Origin: Candidatus Eiseniibacteriota bacterium
Lineage (GTDB): Bacteria; Eisenbacteria; RBG-16-71-46; CAZAMP01
NCBI GenBank assembly: GCA_965224245.1
Contig: OZ245046.1
Location: 3,648,001 to 3,712,000, forward strand
Length of the DNA stretch: 64,000 nt
Direction of reading: 5' to 3'
The notes under the pieces are model-generated. The model ran no database searches. It was not told the DNA's origin and worked only from the letters and a program-made list of their open reading frames with translations. Of this stretch, positions 36,511-46,997 are shown one piece after another; positions within the stretch are counted from its first letter, which is position 1; the number at the start of each line of letters is the position of its first letter. Position numbers and translations under genes: made by a program.

Positions 36511-38687
36511 GTCCGACTCCCGATCGGCTCGGGCGTCGAGTCCTGCATGTGGCCCTCACGGGCCCCGTCCTCGGGTGTTCCGGGCAGAGCCAGCCGCTTC
36601 AGCACGATCATCGTGACGTCGTCGACCTCCGGGGCATCACCCTGAAACGCCCGGAGCGCGCCCGAGAGCGCCTCGACCATCCGGGACGGCGTCTGCCGGA
36701 TGACCGGCCGGAGCGCGGCCTTGACGCGCTCGATCGCGAACGGCTCGTCCTTCGGGTTGACGGTGTCCACGAGCCCGTCCGAGTACGCCACGACCACGTC
36801 GCCGGGCGCCAGCGCGATCTCGCGATCCTCGAGGCTCACGCCGGGCAGCGCGCCGAGCATCACGCCGGACGCCTCGAGCTCGGCGGTGACCTCGCCGCGG
36901 GAGTTGAACACGATGGGCCAGTCGTGACCGGCGTTCGCGTACCGGAGGCAGCCGGTGTGCATGTCGTACTCGGCGTAGAACATCGTCACGAAGCAGTCGG
37001 GCGCCGTCGATCGGTGCAGGACCGCGTTCAGTCGTTCGAGGAGTCGGGCCGGGCTCGACGGCTCGTCGAGGGTCACGAAGCTCCGCACCGCCGAGACGGC
37101 GTTGGACATCACGAGCGCGGCCGACACCCCCTTGCCGCTGACGTCGCCGATCAGGATCCCCACGCGACCGGGCCCGATCGGGATGAAGTCGTAGAGATCG
37201 CCACCGACGTGCTTGGCCATGATGCACGCGGCCGCGCCCTCGAGCCCCGGCACGGAGGGAAACGCCTTCGGCAGCATCGTGCGCTGGACGTCGGCCGCGA
37301 TGGACATCTCGTTCTCGAGCGCCTGGCGCTCGGTTCGCTCCTCGAGGAGGTTGGTCACCGAATCGGTCATCTCGTTGAACGACTGGGCCAGGGCCCCGAG
37401 CTGATCCCGGGACTTCACGTGGATGCGGTGATCGAGGTCCCCGGCCGCGATGCGGCGCGTACCGCGATGCAGCGCGTTGATCGCCCGCGTCACCGATGCG
37501 GTCAGCGTGACACCGATGACCACGGCGATGATCATGAGCCCCAGGAGCAACGCGGCGGTCAGGATGATGGCGATGCGCACGACGTCGGCGTTCTCTCCGC
37601 CGAGGAACCGGTCGCGCAGGAACTCGATCCCCTCCACGTGCAGGCGCAGAACCGGGATCTGCTGCACCGCGCCCCCATCCAGGATCGCGCCCCCGGAACG
37701 GAAGTCGACGATGTTCACGAACATCGCCGAGTTGAACAGCGACCAGTCCTCGACGGTCTCCGCGACGTCGGATTCCGGGTCTTGCTCGTCCTCGGAGAGC
37801 CGCCGCACCGAGACGCCGACGTCCCGGTCCCTGCCGATGTCGACCGTGAGCTCGCGCTCCTCGTCTCCGGTCCGCCGCACGAGGTCGTAGCCGCCCAGCC
37901 AGATCGAGGCCCGGGCGCCGGTCGCGTCGGCCACCTCGCGGGCCACGGAGTCGTCGAACGGACGCATCACGAGCGACAGATACGCCCGTCCATCGTTGAG
38001 GCGACCCGGACGGGAGCCGATCATCACCAGCGAGTCCGCGACCGCACACAACCCCTGGAACGGCGTGTCCAGAAGCCAGCCGGGCGGACGACCGTCGCGC
38101 GGTCCGCCCAGAAACACGACGGGTGCCCACTCGATCGCGGCCTCGGTTCCGGGAACGGGAGGACCGTCGGGTCCGCCGACCCAGACCAGCCGATGGAGCG
38201 ACGAGCCCGCATCGCCGGGCAGCTGGATCCACCCGGACGCCGAGGACGCCCCGATCGGAAGCTCCTCGGCGATCAGCTCGCGCGAACGTGCGGCCTCGTC
38301 ACCGAGGTCGTCCAGGATCCGGGCGAACGCGTGCTGGGCCTCGAAGTTCACGAGACTCGCGAGCCCGAGCGCGGCCACGATGAGCACCAGCAGTGTCAGA
38401 CACACGAACGGGAACACGCCCAGAAAGAAGTAGGCGACCCCGAGCCGCCGGCTCACCGCGAACAGGTACCGCCGGACGAGCCACCGGATGAGGGCGAGCG
38501 CACCGACGACGAGCACGATCGTGGACAGCACCGAGAGCGTCTCGCCGATGCCCCCCAGGCGGCCCAGTGGCCCGAGCGGGGTCAGATCCCACACCCGGAT
38601 CAGAATCGCGGCCACCACCAGGAGCTTGGCGTTGCGGCCGATCCAGCGTCGCGTGCGAACGCGCATTCGGGGCTGAGACGGATTCAC
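36507..38687 (-). CDS. Membrane HAMP + SpoIIE/PP2C phosphatase (RsbU-like)
   Basis: TM helices; HAMP (DQLGALAQSFNEM); VGGDLYDF, GDVSGKG, NAGH, YSDGL, DDVT; start uncertain. Confidence 0.9.
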   Translation of the reverse strand: MNPSQPRMRVRTRRWIGRNAKLLVVAAILIRVWDLTPLGPLGRLGGIGETLSVLSTIVLVVGALALIRWLVRRYLFAVSRRLGVAYFFLGVFPFVCLTLLVLIVAALGLASLVNFEAQHAFARILDDLGDEAARSRELIAEELPIGASSASGWIQLPGDAGSSLHRLVWVGGPDGPPVPGTEAAIEWAPVVFLGGPRDGRPPGWLLDTPFQGLCAVADSLVMIGSRPGRLNDGRAYLSLVMRPFDDSVAREVADATGARASIWLGGYDLVRRTGDEERELTVDIGRDRDVGVSVRRLSEDEQDPESDVAETVEDWSLFNSAMFVNIVDFRSGGAILDGGAVQQIPVLRLHVEGIEFLRDRFLGGENADVVRIAIILTAALLLGLMIIAVVIGVTLTASVTRAINALHRGTRRIAAGDLDHRIHVKSRDQLGALAQSFNEMTDSVTNLLEERTERQALENEMSIAADVQRTMLPKAFPSVPGLEGAAACIMAKHVGGDLYDFIPIGPGRVGILIGDVSGKGVSAALVMSNAVSAVRSFVTLDEPSSPARLLERLNAVLHRSTAPDCFVTMFYAEYDMHTGCLRYANAGHDWPIVFNSRGEVTAELEASGVMLGALPGVSLEDREIALAPGDVVVAYSDGLVDTVNPKDEPFAIERVKAALRPVIRQTPSRMVEALSGALRAFQGDAPEVDDVTMIVLKRLALPGTPEDGAREGHMQDSTPEPIGSRT

Positions 38688-38916
38688 GAGGTCTCCCGCT
38701 CTCACGTCGAGGGCCTGCACCGCCGGCGTCTGGAACGCTCCCGGGGGGTGGCTCGGCCCGGCCGGCGCCGGGAATCGAGCGCACGGGTCCCAATCGTGAG
38801 GGCTCGGCGCCCAGAACTCAACGCTTCCGAGCGCTCGATCGTTGCCCACGGGACCCTCGGAACCGCACCGGCCTCCCCCGGGTGAACTCCGACACATCAC
38901 CGTGGAGACGACGCAC

Positions 38917-39525
38917 GTGTCCGACATCCCGTTCGATCTGACCCCGACCTCCGACGACGACGAGCTCTGCGCGCGCAGCCGCTCGGGCGACCCCGCCGCG
39001 CTCGCCATCCTCTACCGGCGACACGCCCCGGTTCTTCGACGCCACCTCCGGCATCTCGCCGGCGATGCCGCCGACGATCTCGTCCACGAGACGTTCATCC
39101 GGCTGTTCGAGGGACGCGGTCGCTATCGAGGACGCGGACGGTTCAGGGCCTGGCTGTTCACGATCGCCTCCCGCCTGGCCCGCGACCAGGGCCGCCAGCA
39201 CGCGCGGCGGCGCGATCTGACCACCGAACACGCGGCCGATCTCGCTCCCGCGGACGCCATCGACGCCGAGGCCTCGGTCGACGCCGACGCGCTGGCCCGG
39301 CACGTCGAGTCACTGCTCGACGACCTTCCCCCCGCGTACGCCGAGGCATTCCGCCAGCGCGTGGGTCGTGATCTCTCCTATCGCGAGATGAGCGCTCTGA
39401 CCGGCGAGCCCGAGGGAACGCTCCGTTCGCGCGTCCACCACGCGCTCAAGCGCATACGACGGGCGATGGTCGAGGAGGCGGGCCCCGCGGCGCGGCATGC
39501 ACCGTCCACGGAGGAGACGTCATGA
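38917..39525 (+). CDS. ECF sigma-70 factor
   Basis: ADDLVHETFIRL, FRAWLFTIA, LSYREMS...EGTLRSRVHHA. Confidence 0.92.
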   Translation: MSDIPFDLTPTSDDDELCARSRSGDPAALAILYRRHAPVLRRHLRHLAGDAADDLVHETFIRLFEGRGRYRGRGRFRAWLFTIASRLARDQGRQHARRRDLTTEHAADLAPADAIDAEASVDADALARHVESLLDDLPPAYAEAFRQRVGRDLSYREMSALTGEPEGTLRSRVHHALKRIRRAMVEEAGPAARHAPSTEETS

Positions 39526-40058
39526 GCCCCTCGGTGACCGAGGATGCGATCATCCGCTACGTGCTCGGCGACCTGGACCCGACCGCACGGGACGACGTGT
39601 CCGCCGCGCTCGCGGATCCCGACGTGCGGCGGGAGGTTCGCGAGTACCGTCGGATCGTCGCCGCGGCCCGATCCCGACGCGAGGCGGCCCGCTCGTGCGG
39701 GGACACCGATCCGGGAAACGCACGCACGGAGCGCGACGCGAGCCCGCGATCGACACCGCGGCGGGCCCGGCGGCGCCTCGCCGTCCTGACCGCCGGGCTC
39801 GTGATGTTCACGCTCGGGCGGGCGTCGCTGGAGGTGGCCGGCCGGGAGGACATCCTCGGCGCGCGCACGCTCTCCGACACGCTGAGCGTGGCCGCCGCCG
39901 AGGTGCTGCACGACGTCCCCGAGCGCATCGATCCCGCCGACACGATCCGCACACCTGGGGTCGCCCGGACGCCGGCTACCCGGGGCACGAGCGGAGCCCC
40001 GGGCGCTCGGGCATCGTGGGATCTCGGCGTCGACACGGTCGCCGTCGCCTCGCGATAG
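39522..40058 (+). CDS. Putative anti-sigma factor (single TM)
   Basis: ATGA overlap with the sigma factor; IIRYVLGDL N-terminus; one TM segment. Confidence 0.6.
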   Translation: MSPSVTEDAIIRYVLGDLDPTARDDVSAALADPDVRREVREYRRIVAAARSRREAARSCGDTDPGNARTERDASPRSTPRRARRRLAVLTAGLVMFTLGRASLEVAGREDILGARTLSDTLSVAAAEVLHDVPERIDPADTIRTPGVARTPATRGTSGAPGARASWDLGVDTVAVASR

Positions 40059-40144
40059 CCGCCTGCGCGCAGCGCCAGCGGCGCCCGCGCCAGCGGCGCC
40101 TGCCGCGAGCGACCTCCCCACCGGGCGAGACACGGGCGCTGCGA

Positions 40145-41261
40145 TCAGGGCACGAGCACCCACCGGGTCGGAATCGAGCGACCGGACTCGTGGAGCATCG
40201 AGACGACGTACACCCCCGGAGGCAGACCCGGGCCGACGTCCCAGCGTGCGATGCCCCCTTTCCCGATCACGACCGTCCCGGCTCGGCACAGGCGGCCGGT
40301 GACGTCGTGGAGAGTGAGCGTCATCGGCTCCGCGGACCCGGCGCCGCGGACGTCGACGTGCAGCACCGGCGTCCCCGCACGCGCCGGGTTCGGCCACGCG
40401 CGGGGCGTCGCCGGGACCGACGGTCCGGGATCGCTCGTCGCGAGGAGCGGTCGATCGGTACCCAGCGCCACGGTGTAGAGCTGACCGGTGGCGCCCACGA
40501 CGTTCCAGGACGCCCCGTCGTCGTCCGAGGCGTAGACCTCGCCGGTCGAGCCGCACGCCAGCAGCGTCCCGCCGCTCGCGACCTCGAGGTCCGTCATGCC
40601 CACCTGGGAGATCGTACCGACGGCCGGCCACGTCGCGCCGGCGTCGTCGCTCCCGTGGATCGTGCCCGACGACGTGAGCGCGTGCAGGGTCCCGGTGTCG
40701 TCCCCGGCCAGCGCGACCAGATCGAACGCGGTGATCGAGCCGATCGGGATCCAGGTGACCCCGGCGTCGCCGCTCTCCACGAGGAGACCGGTTCGCGTGA
40801 GCGCGAGGAGTCCCGACCCGGAGCCCGCCCGGTTCAGCGCCACGTGATCCGCCGCGATCGAGGCGCCGACGAGAGAGAACGTCGCGCCACCATCGAGCGA
40901 CGCGAACACGCTCCCCGACCGGGTGAGCGCGACCGGTCCGGACGGCGTGTGGACGAGGTCCACGCAGTCCGATGCGGTCACCGCTCCGAATCGGGCTCCA
41001 GCTGAGCCCGCCGTCGTCCGACCGATACACCGACCCGGACCCGGTCAGCACCAGCAGCTCGCTCGCGGACGCGGCCGCCGTGAGCGCGACCGCGTCGTGT
41101 ACGGGCAGTGTTCCGACCGCACTCCAGGTGACACCGTCGTCGACGGAGCCGAAGACCTCGCCGGTGTCGACCAGCGCGAACAGGGTCTCGGCGGGAGCGA
41201 CCATCGGGGCGAGCGTCCCCACGACGACGAGCGTCGACACGAGGCGCGTCCGGCGTCTCAT
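40145..41261 (-). pseudogene. Secreted BNR/Asp-box repeat beta-propeller protein with C-terminal sorting domain, interrupted by a +1 frameshift near 40989
   Basis: SD GAGGAG, signal peptide; S-x-D-x-G-x-[TS]-W repeats continue across two frames (ATT C GGA GCG GTG); WPNP...DVTGR C-terminus. Confidence 0.8.
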
Positions 41262-41309
41262 CGGCTCCTCCTCCCGGTCGGCGTGACGGCGTCCACGTGG
41301 CTCGCGCAC

Positions 41310-44300
41310 CTACCGAATCGGGACCTTCAGCGTCCGAACGCCGTCGGTGCGCGTCAATCGAAGCACGTAGACACCCGCCGCGACGCGCCGGCCGCGATCG
41401 TCCCGCCCATCCCACACGACCTCGTGATCACCCGCACCGAACGTGCCGTGCGCGAGCGACGCGAGTCGCCGGCCGCGGACGTCGTAGAGCCCCAGATCCA
41501 CGAGCTCTCCACCGGCGTCGAGCCCGAACGCGGCGAACCGCACGCGCAGCGTTCCGGCGGTGAGCGGCAGCGGCGATGCACCGAGCAGGACGCGCGGGCG
41601 CGGCGTCTCGGCCGCGAGCACGTACGGCTCGTCGAGCCCGTTGACCGCGGTGAGCCGGTATCCCGCACCCGCCGATCCGTCCGGGTCGAGGTACGTGCTC
41701 TCGCGGAGATCGCCGGTGATCGGCTGCCACGCATCGCCCCCGCTGTCGCGGCGCTCGAGGCGATAGCGGATGCCCGCGTCGGGGCCGGGGCGCGTCTCCC
41801 ACGCCAGGTGAACGCCGTCGGCCTCGTGGCTGGTGCGGAAGTAGAGCAGCGAGATGTTCGTCTCGACCGTGAAGAGCCCGTCCGTGATCACCTCGCCCGA
41901 GACGTCGGGGTTCGACGGCGAGAGCCTGAGGCGGGCGAACCGCGTGGGCCGGTGCGGCACCTGGATCTCGGTCGCGTTCAGCGGGGAGCCGCCCGCGTCG
42001 GCCAGGAGTGGCTCCCACGAGGAGCCGCCGTCGACCGACAGCGAGACGTCGACGGGCTCGGATCCGCTCCAGCTCAGGACCGCGCTCGTTCCGACCGTCC
42101 ACGTCTGCCCATCCAGCGGATCGACGTGGTAGCGTGCCGCGTCGATGACCGGGACCAACCCCACCGCCGCGTCGGGAGCGCCGCCGACCACCGCCGCAAA
42201 CGCGTCGGCACCGCGGTCGAGCCCGCCCACGCTGCTCCCGAACGCCGAGCCCGGATCGCCCGGGACGAGCACGTCCGGGCGCGCATCGAGGAGCGGCCCC
42301 CCGAAGTAGATCCCGACGAGCCCCGCGCCGGCCCCGGCGCCCGGGGACCCGATCGCGACGTCGTCGAAGCCGTCGCCGTTGACGTCGGGAACGAACGCGA
42401 GGGCGCTCCCCAGCCGATCCCCGGCGGCGGCACCGGTGATGATGAGGTCGGCCGTGTCGTCGAAGGCTCGCCCCCCGAAGAACACGTGAACCCGCCCTGC
42501 GTCCGCGCCCGCGTGATCATCGGCGGGCGCGCCGACGGCGAAGTCGACGAGGCCGTCCCCGTTGACGTCACGCACCGACGCGATCGCGGTGCCGAAGTCG
42601 CTGTCGGCCACGCCGCGGAGCGTGGGGCTGGAGTGGTAGTAGCCGCTGGTCTCGATCACGCGCAGGGAGACCTCGTCGCGTCCGGCATCGCCGATGGCAT
42701 AGCCGGCACCGTCGATGCCGAGGAGATCCCCGATGGGGCCGCCGCACGATGACCCCTCGAGGCCAGAGTCGTCGGGCTCCCCGCTCATCGGGTCCCCGCC
42801 GGGGAAGATGTAGATGCCCTCGGCACCCGGGTTGGTCACCCCGACGTCGTCATACGCATCACCGTTGATGTTCCCCAGCGAGACGACCAGCTCGCCGAAG
42901 CGGGTCAGGTAGGACCCGTCGACCATCAGGGTGACGTCGGGTGTGGCGTCGACGGCCGGACCGCCGAAGTACACGTACGCGACGCCTTCGCCGTTCCCCG
43001 GCGCGCCGGCGGCGAAGTCGGCGTGGCCGTCCCCGTTCACGTCGCCCACGGCGCAGACCGAGAAGCCGAGCTCGTCGCCGGTCGCGCCGAAGATGCTCAG
43101 GTCGGGGGCCGCGTCCATCGCCGGCCCCCCGAAGAACACGTGGGCGGCGCCGGCGCTCGCGCCGCCGGTGGCGTCGTCGGGCGCGCCGGCGAGCACGTCC
43201 TCGTGGCCGTCGGCGTTCACGTCGCCGAGGATCACCAGACGGGCGCCGAGTCGATCACCGGCGACGCCCGCGGTCAGATCGAGTGCGCGCCGTGTGCTGA
43301 TCGACGGCGGATCTCCCTCGGGCAGGATCGTGAAGAGCTCGCTGACCACCGAGGTTCCGGGGGTCGGCGTGTAGCCACGATAGGTCAGCCGGACCTGTGC
43401 GTTCGCGGTCGGGATCCCCGGGACCGCGATCGTCAGGGAGTTCCGGAGATCCCCGCCGACGTCGGTCGCGACGCGGCTCCAGCTCGCCCCCCCGTCGAAC
43501 GAGAGGTCCACGTCGGCGTGGTCGCGGCCCCGCCAGGACACGGTGGCCGGACGGCCGGCGATCCAGTGCGTGCCGGCCCGCGGTCCCTCGATCTTGTACG
43601 TGTAGTACGTGTAGATGGCGCCGCGCGGCAGCTCCGGGCACACGAACTCGACGAACCCGTCGCCGTTCATGTCCCCCACGCCGAACACGTCATACCGGCT
43701 CGGAGAAAGATCGGACGTCGAGCTCAGATAGGATCCGCCGAAGCGGATTCCCCCCTCCACACAGACATCCGGAGACCCATCGCGGTTGACGTCGCCCGCA
43801 TGGCGAAAGTAGTCGGGGTAGAACGATCCGTACTCGGTGAGGATCTGCGGATTGCTCCACGCACCCGAGAAGATCGACCCGCCGCGATAGAAGAAGAGCG
43901 CGCCGTTGATGGAGTCGTAGCTTCTCGCACCGACGAGGAGATCGTCGATGCCGTCGCCGTCCAGGTCGCCGGGACAGTAGAGCGGATCGCCGAACTCGTC
44001 GCCGTACTCGTACGTCGAGAGACCGAGCACGTGCTCGAAGTTCCCCGCGGGCCGCCCCATGAAGAACTGGACGAACGAGTCGCCGTAGACCTGGGTCTCG
44101 CTGGCGGCGATGTCGCGAAAGCCGTCGCCGTCGAAGTCGCCGGTGGTGAGGCGGGCCCCCACGTGGGACGCGGTGGTGGCGAGGGTGAGATCCGCATTGC
44201 CGTCGGCGTTGTGCCCACCGCGAAAGACGAGAAGCGCCTGGCTGGTCGCATCCCTCGCGATCAGGTCGTCGTCGCCGTCCCCGTCGAGGTCGCCGGCGGC

Positions 44301-44774
44301 CTCGACGTTGTTGATCCCGACGCCGGAGCCACCGAGGACGATGTCGGCCGTGGCATCGAAGCCGGGCCCACCCAGGTAGACGTAGGCCTGCTCGCTGGTG
44401 TAGCTCGTGGCCACGATGTCGCCGTAGCCGTCGTCGTCGTAGTCGAGCGTGGCGAGGTCGAATCCGAGGCTCTCGTTCGCCACCGATCCGTAGATCACCC
44501 GCTGGGGGCTGTTCCGGAGCGTGGATCCCCCGAAGTAGATGTAGATCGCCCCGCGGTACGCGAGCGCCCCCGCCCCGTAGAGCGGGTTGCCGGCAACCAT
44601 GTCCAGGTAGCCGTCCCCGTCGATGTCGACGGGATCGCCCACGTCGCCGGAGAACTCCGAGTAGCCCTGCAGGAGCGTCGCGATGCGCTCCTTGGTGAGC
44701 GCCGGGGCGTCACCCGCCAGCGCCGCCGCGAGAACGACGGGCACCACGAGGACGGCGCAGTGTCGGATCGTCAT
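41310..44774 (-). CDS. FG-GAP (integrin-alpha-like) repeat protein with FlgD-Ig C-terminal domain
   Basis: Many GD-x-[DN]-GDG-x-x-D-x-x-x-GAP repeats; signal peptide; YDVRGRR...WDGRDD; SD AGGAGG. Confidence 0.92.
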   Translation of the reverse strand: MTIRHCAVLVVPVVLAAALAGDAPALTKERIATLLQGYSEFSGDVGDPVDIDGDGYLDMVAGNPLYGAGALAYRGAIYIYFGGSTLRNSPQRVIYGSVANESLGFDLATLDYDDDGYGDIVATSYTSEQAYVYLGGPGFDATADIVLGGSGVGINNVEAAGDLDGDGDDDLIARDATSQALLVFRGGHNADGNADLTLATTASHVGARLTTGDFDGDGFRDIAASETQVYGDSFVQFFMGRPAGNFEHVLGLSTYEYGDEFGDPLYCPGDLDGDGIDDLLVGARSYDSINGALFFYRGGSIFSGAWSNPQILTEYGSFYPDYFRHAGDVNRDGSPDVCVEGGIRFGGSYLSSTSDLSPSRYDVFGVGDMNGDGFVEFVCPELPRGAIYTYYTYKIEGPRAGTHWIAGRPATVSWRGRDHADVDLSFDGGASWSRVATDVGGDLRNSLTIAVPGIPTANAQVRLTYRGYTPTPGTSVVSELFTILPEGDPPSISTRRALDLTAGVAGDRLGARLVILGDVNADGHEDVLAGAPDDATGGASAGAAHVFFGGPAMDAAPDLSIFGATGDELGFSVCAVGDVNGDGHADFAAGAPGNGEGVAYVYFGGPAVDATPDVTLMVDGSYLTRFGELVVSLGNINGDAYDDVGVTNPGAEGIYIFPGGDPMSGEPDDSGLEGSSCGGPIGDLLGIDGAGYAIGDAGRDEVSLRVIETSGYYHSSPTLRGVADSDFGTAIASVRDVNGDGLVDFAVGAPADDHAGADAGRVHVFFGGRAFDDTADLIITGAAAGDRLGSALAFVPDVNGDGFDDVAIGSPGAGAGAGLVGIYFGGPLLDARPDVLVPGDPGSAFGSSVGGLDRGADAFAAVVGGAPDAAVGLVPVIDAARYHVDPLDGQTWTVGTSAVLSWSGSEPVDVSLSVDGGSSWEPLLADAGGSPLNATEIQVPHRPTRFARLRLSPSNPDVSGEVITDGLFTVETNISLLYFRTSHEADGVHLAWETRPGPDAGIRYRLERRDSGGDAWQPITGDLRESTYLDPDGSAGAGYRLTAVNGLDEPYVLAAETPRPRVLLGASPLPLTAGTLRVRFAAFGLDAGGELVDLGLYDVRGRRLASLAHGTFGAGDHEVVWDGRDDRGRRVAAGVYVLRLTRTDGVRTLKVPIR

Positions 44775-44973
44775 GTCGTTGGGCCTCCTGGTTGTGCTGC
44801 CGCGTGGGTATCCGACAGAGAGACACCGACGCCGGGCCAGATCGCACGCGGCCTCGCCGCCTGCGCCGCGAGCGAGTCGACGCGCGGCCCGACCCGGACG
44901 AGAGGCGGGCGTCCCGCCCTCGCCGACCATTCGAACGACGGCCGAACGCCGGGCTCCTCGTCGCCGTAAGTCG

Positions 44974-45002
44974 TTGTCCCGACACATGGAGATCGCTATC
45001 CT
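44974..45002 (+). promoter_or_regulatory. Sigma70 promoter of the Fe-S oxidoreductase
   Basis: TTGTCC-N17-TATCCT. Confidence 0.6.
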
Positions 45003-45091
45003 AGGGGGCTCGTGAAACCGACCATGAGCCTCCACCGGCCGCGCTCGCGCCATCCCGTGGAGCCGACTCGGAACGTCCGGCGGAGGAAGAC

Positions 45092-46957
45092 ATGGAGAGA
45101 ATCGTTCTGGCGGTGCTCGTGATCGCGTCGGCTGTCGCGTTCTTGGTTCCGACCTTCCGTCGCTACCAGCTCGTCGCCGTCGGCAAGGGGCCGTGGACGA
45201 TCGATCGCGCCGGCGACCGAATCAGCCGGTTCGTCTCCGAGGTGCTCTTCCAGTCCAAGATCATCCGCGAGCGGCCCGCGGCGGGCCTCATGCATGCGTT
45301 CGTCTTCTGGGGCTTCCTCGCGTTCGCCGTCGAGACGCTCGATCACTTCGTCTCGGGCTTCGGGGGCACCGTGCTCGGGCACGGCGCGGTCGACCAGGTG
45401 GTGTCGATCGTGCTCGTGCCGTTCTCACTCCTCGTCCTCGTGGGAACCGTCTCGCTCGCCTACCGCCGCGCGGTTATCCGCCCGGCGGCGCTGGGCAAGT
45501 TCTCGATGGAATCGATGGTCGTGGCCACGTTCATCTCGATCCTGATGATCACGTATCTGCTGCCGCAGCTCGGTCTCGTGGACGAGGCATCCGCGGCCGG
45601 GCGCATCAACTGGTGGACGCACGCGCTGGTGATCCTCGTGTTTCTCCCCCTGATCGTGCACAGCAAGCATCTGCACCTCGTGCTCTCCCCGGTCACGACC
45701 TTCCTGAAGGACTTCGAGCTGGCGCGCATCCGTCCCCTCGACTTCGAGAACGAGGAGTTCGGCGCCGAGAAGCTCGGCGACCTCTCCAGACACACGCTTC
45801 TCGGCGCGTTCACGTGCGTCGAGTGCGGCCGCTGTCAGGACCACTGCCCGGCCTTCAACACCGGGAAGGTGCTGAACCCCAAGCGCATCATGCTGGATCT
45901 GGAGGACGGCCTTCTGGCCGCATCGGACCCGGCGTCCGCCCGCGAACGCGAGGTGGTCGCCGAGGGCATCCTGTCGGCCGACGCGCTGTGGCAGTGCACG
46001 ACGTGCGGCGCGTGCACCGACCAGTGCCCGGTCGGAATCGATCAGGTGGTGCCGATCCTCGATCTGCGCCGCGGCCTGGTGGCGAACGGCGCGTTCCCGA
46101 GCACGTTCACGACGTTCTTCAAGAACATGGAGACGGCCGGCAACCCATGGGCGTATCCGGCCCACTCGGCGGAGGAGTACCTGGAGAGCGAGAAGCACCC
46201 CGCGTTCGACGCCGAGGAGGTCGAGGTCCTCTACTGGATGGGATGCATGGCGCGGTACGACGACACGTACCGCAAGATCTCCAGGGACTTCACGCGTGTC
46301 CTGGACGCGGCGGGCGTGAAGTGGGGCGTGCTGGAGAGCGAGTGCTGTACCGGTGACGCCGCACGGCGGGCGGGCAACGAGTTCATCTTCTCGGCGCAGG
46401 CCGAGCAGAACATCGAGCTTCTGAACACGGCAAAGCCGAGGCACATCGTCTCGACGTGCCCGCACTGCATTCGCAGCATCGACGAGTACCGCGACTTCGG
46501 GCTGGACGCATCGATCCGGATCAGCCATCACACCGAGCTGATCGCCGACCTGATGGCGGCCGGGCGCATCCCGCAGAAGGAGTCCGCGGAGCGGCAGAAA
46601 ACCGCCTACCACGACCCGTGCTACCTGAGCCGGTACCGCAAGCCCGAGGGCGTCTCGGCCCCGCGTCGGGTGCTCCGCGAGAGCGGCGCCGAGCTGCAGG
46701 AGCCCGAACGCACCGGGACGCGCTCGTTCTGCTGCGGCGCGGGCGGTGCGATGCTCTTCGCCGAGGAGACCGAGGGCAAGCGCATCAACCACGAGCGGGT
46801 CGACGAGCTGCTCGGCACCGGCGCCTCGTCGGTCGCCGTGGGGTGTCCGTTCTGCCGCATCATGCTGGCCGACGGGCTGGCGGATCGTGGTCGAGACGAC
46901 GTGGCCGTCGAGGACGTGGCCCAGGTCGTCGCCTCACGCCTTCCGGACGCGTCGTGA
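45092..46957 (+). CDS. Membrane-bound Fe-S oxidoreductase (FadF/HdrD/GlpC-like)
   Basis: N-terminal TM domain; two CxxCxxCxxxCP; two CCG domains (ECCTG, TCPHC, YHDPC, FCCGAGG, GCPFC). Confidence 0.92.
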   Translation: MERIVLAVLVIASAVAFLVPTFRRYQLVAVGKGPWTIDRAGDRISRFVSEVLFQSKIIRERPAAGLMHAFVFWGFLAFAVETLDHFVSGFGGTVLGHGAVDQVVSIVLVPFSLLVLVGTVSLAYRRAVIRPAALGKFSMESMVVATFISILMITYLLPQLGLVDEASAAGRINWWTHALVILVFLPLIVHSKHLHLVLSPVTTFLKDFELARIRPLDFENEEFGAEKLGDLSRHTLLGAFTCVECGRCQDHCPAFNTGKVLNPKRIMLDLEDGLLAASDPASAREREVVAEGILSADALWQCTTCGACTDQCPVGIDQVVPILDLRRGLVANGAFPSTFTTFFKNMETAGNPWAYPAHSAEEYLESEKHPAFDAEEVEVLYWMGCMARYDDTYRKISRDFTRVLDAAGVKWGVLESECCTGDAARRAGNEFIFSAQAEQNIELLNTAKPRHIVSTCPHCIRSIDEYRDFGLDASIRISHHTELIADLMAAGRIPQKESAERQKTAYHDPCYLSRYRKPEGVSAPRRVLRESGAELQEPERTGTRSFCCGAGGAMLFAEETEGKRINHERVDELLGTGASSVAVGCPFCRIMLADGLADRGRDDVAVEDVAQVVASRLPDAS

Positions 46958-46997
46958 GGATCCGCCGACCAGTCGACCGCCGGCGCGGTGCACGACG

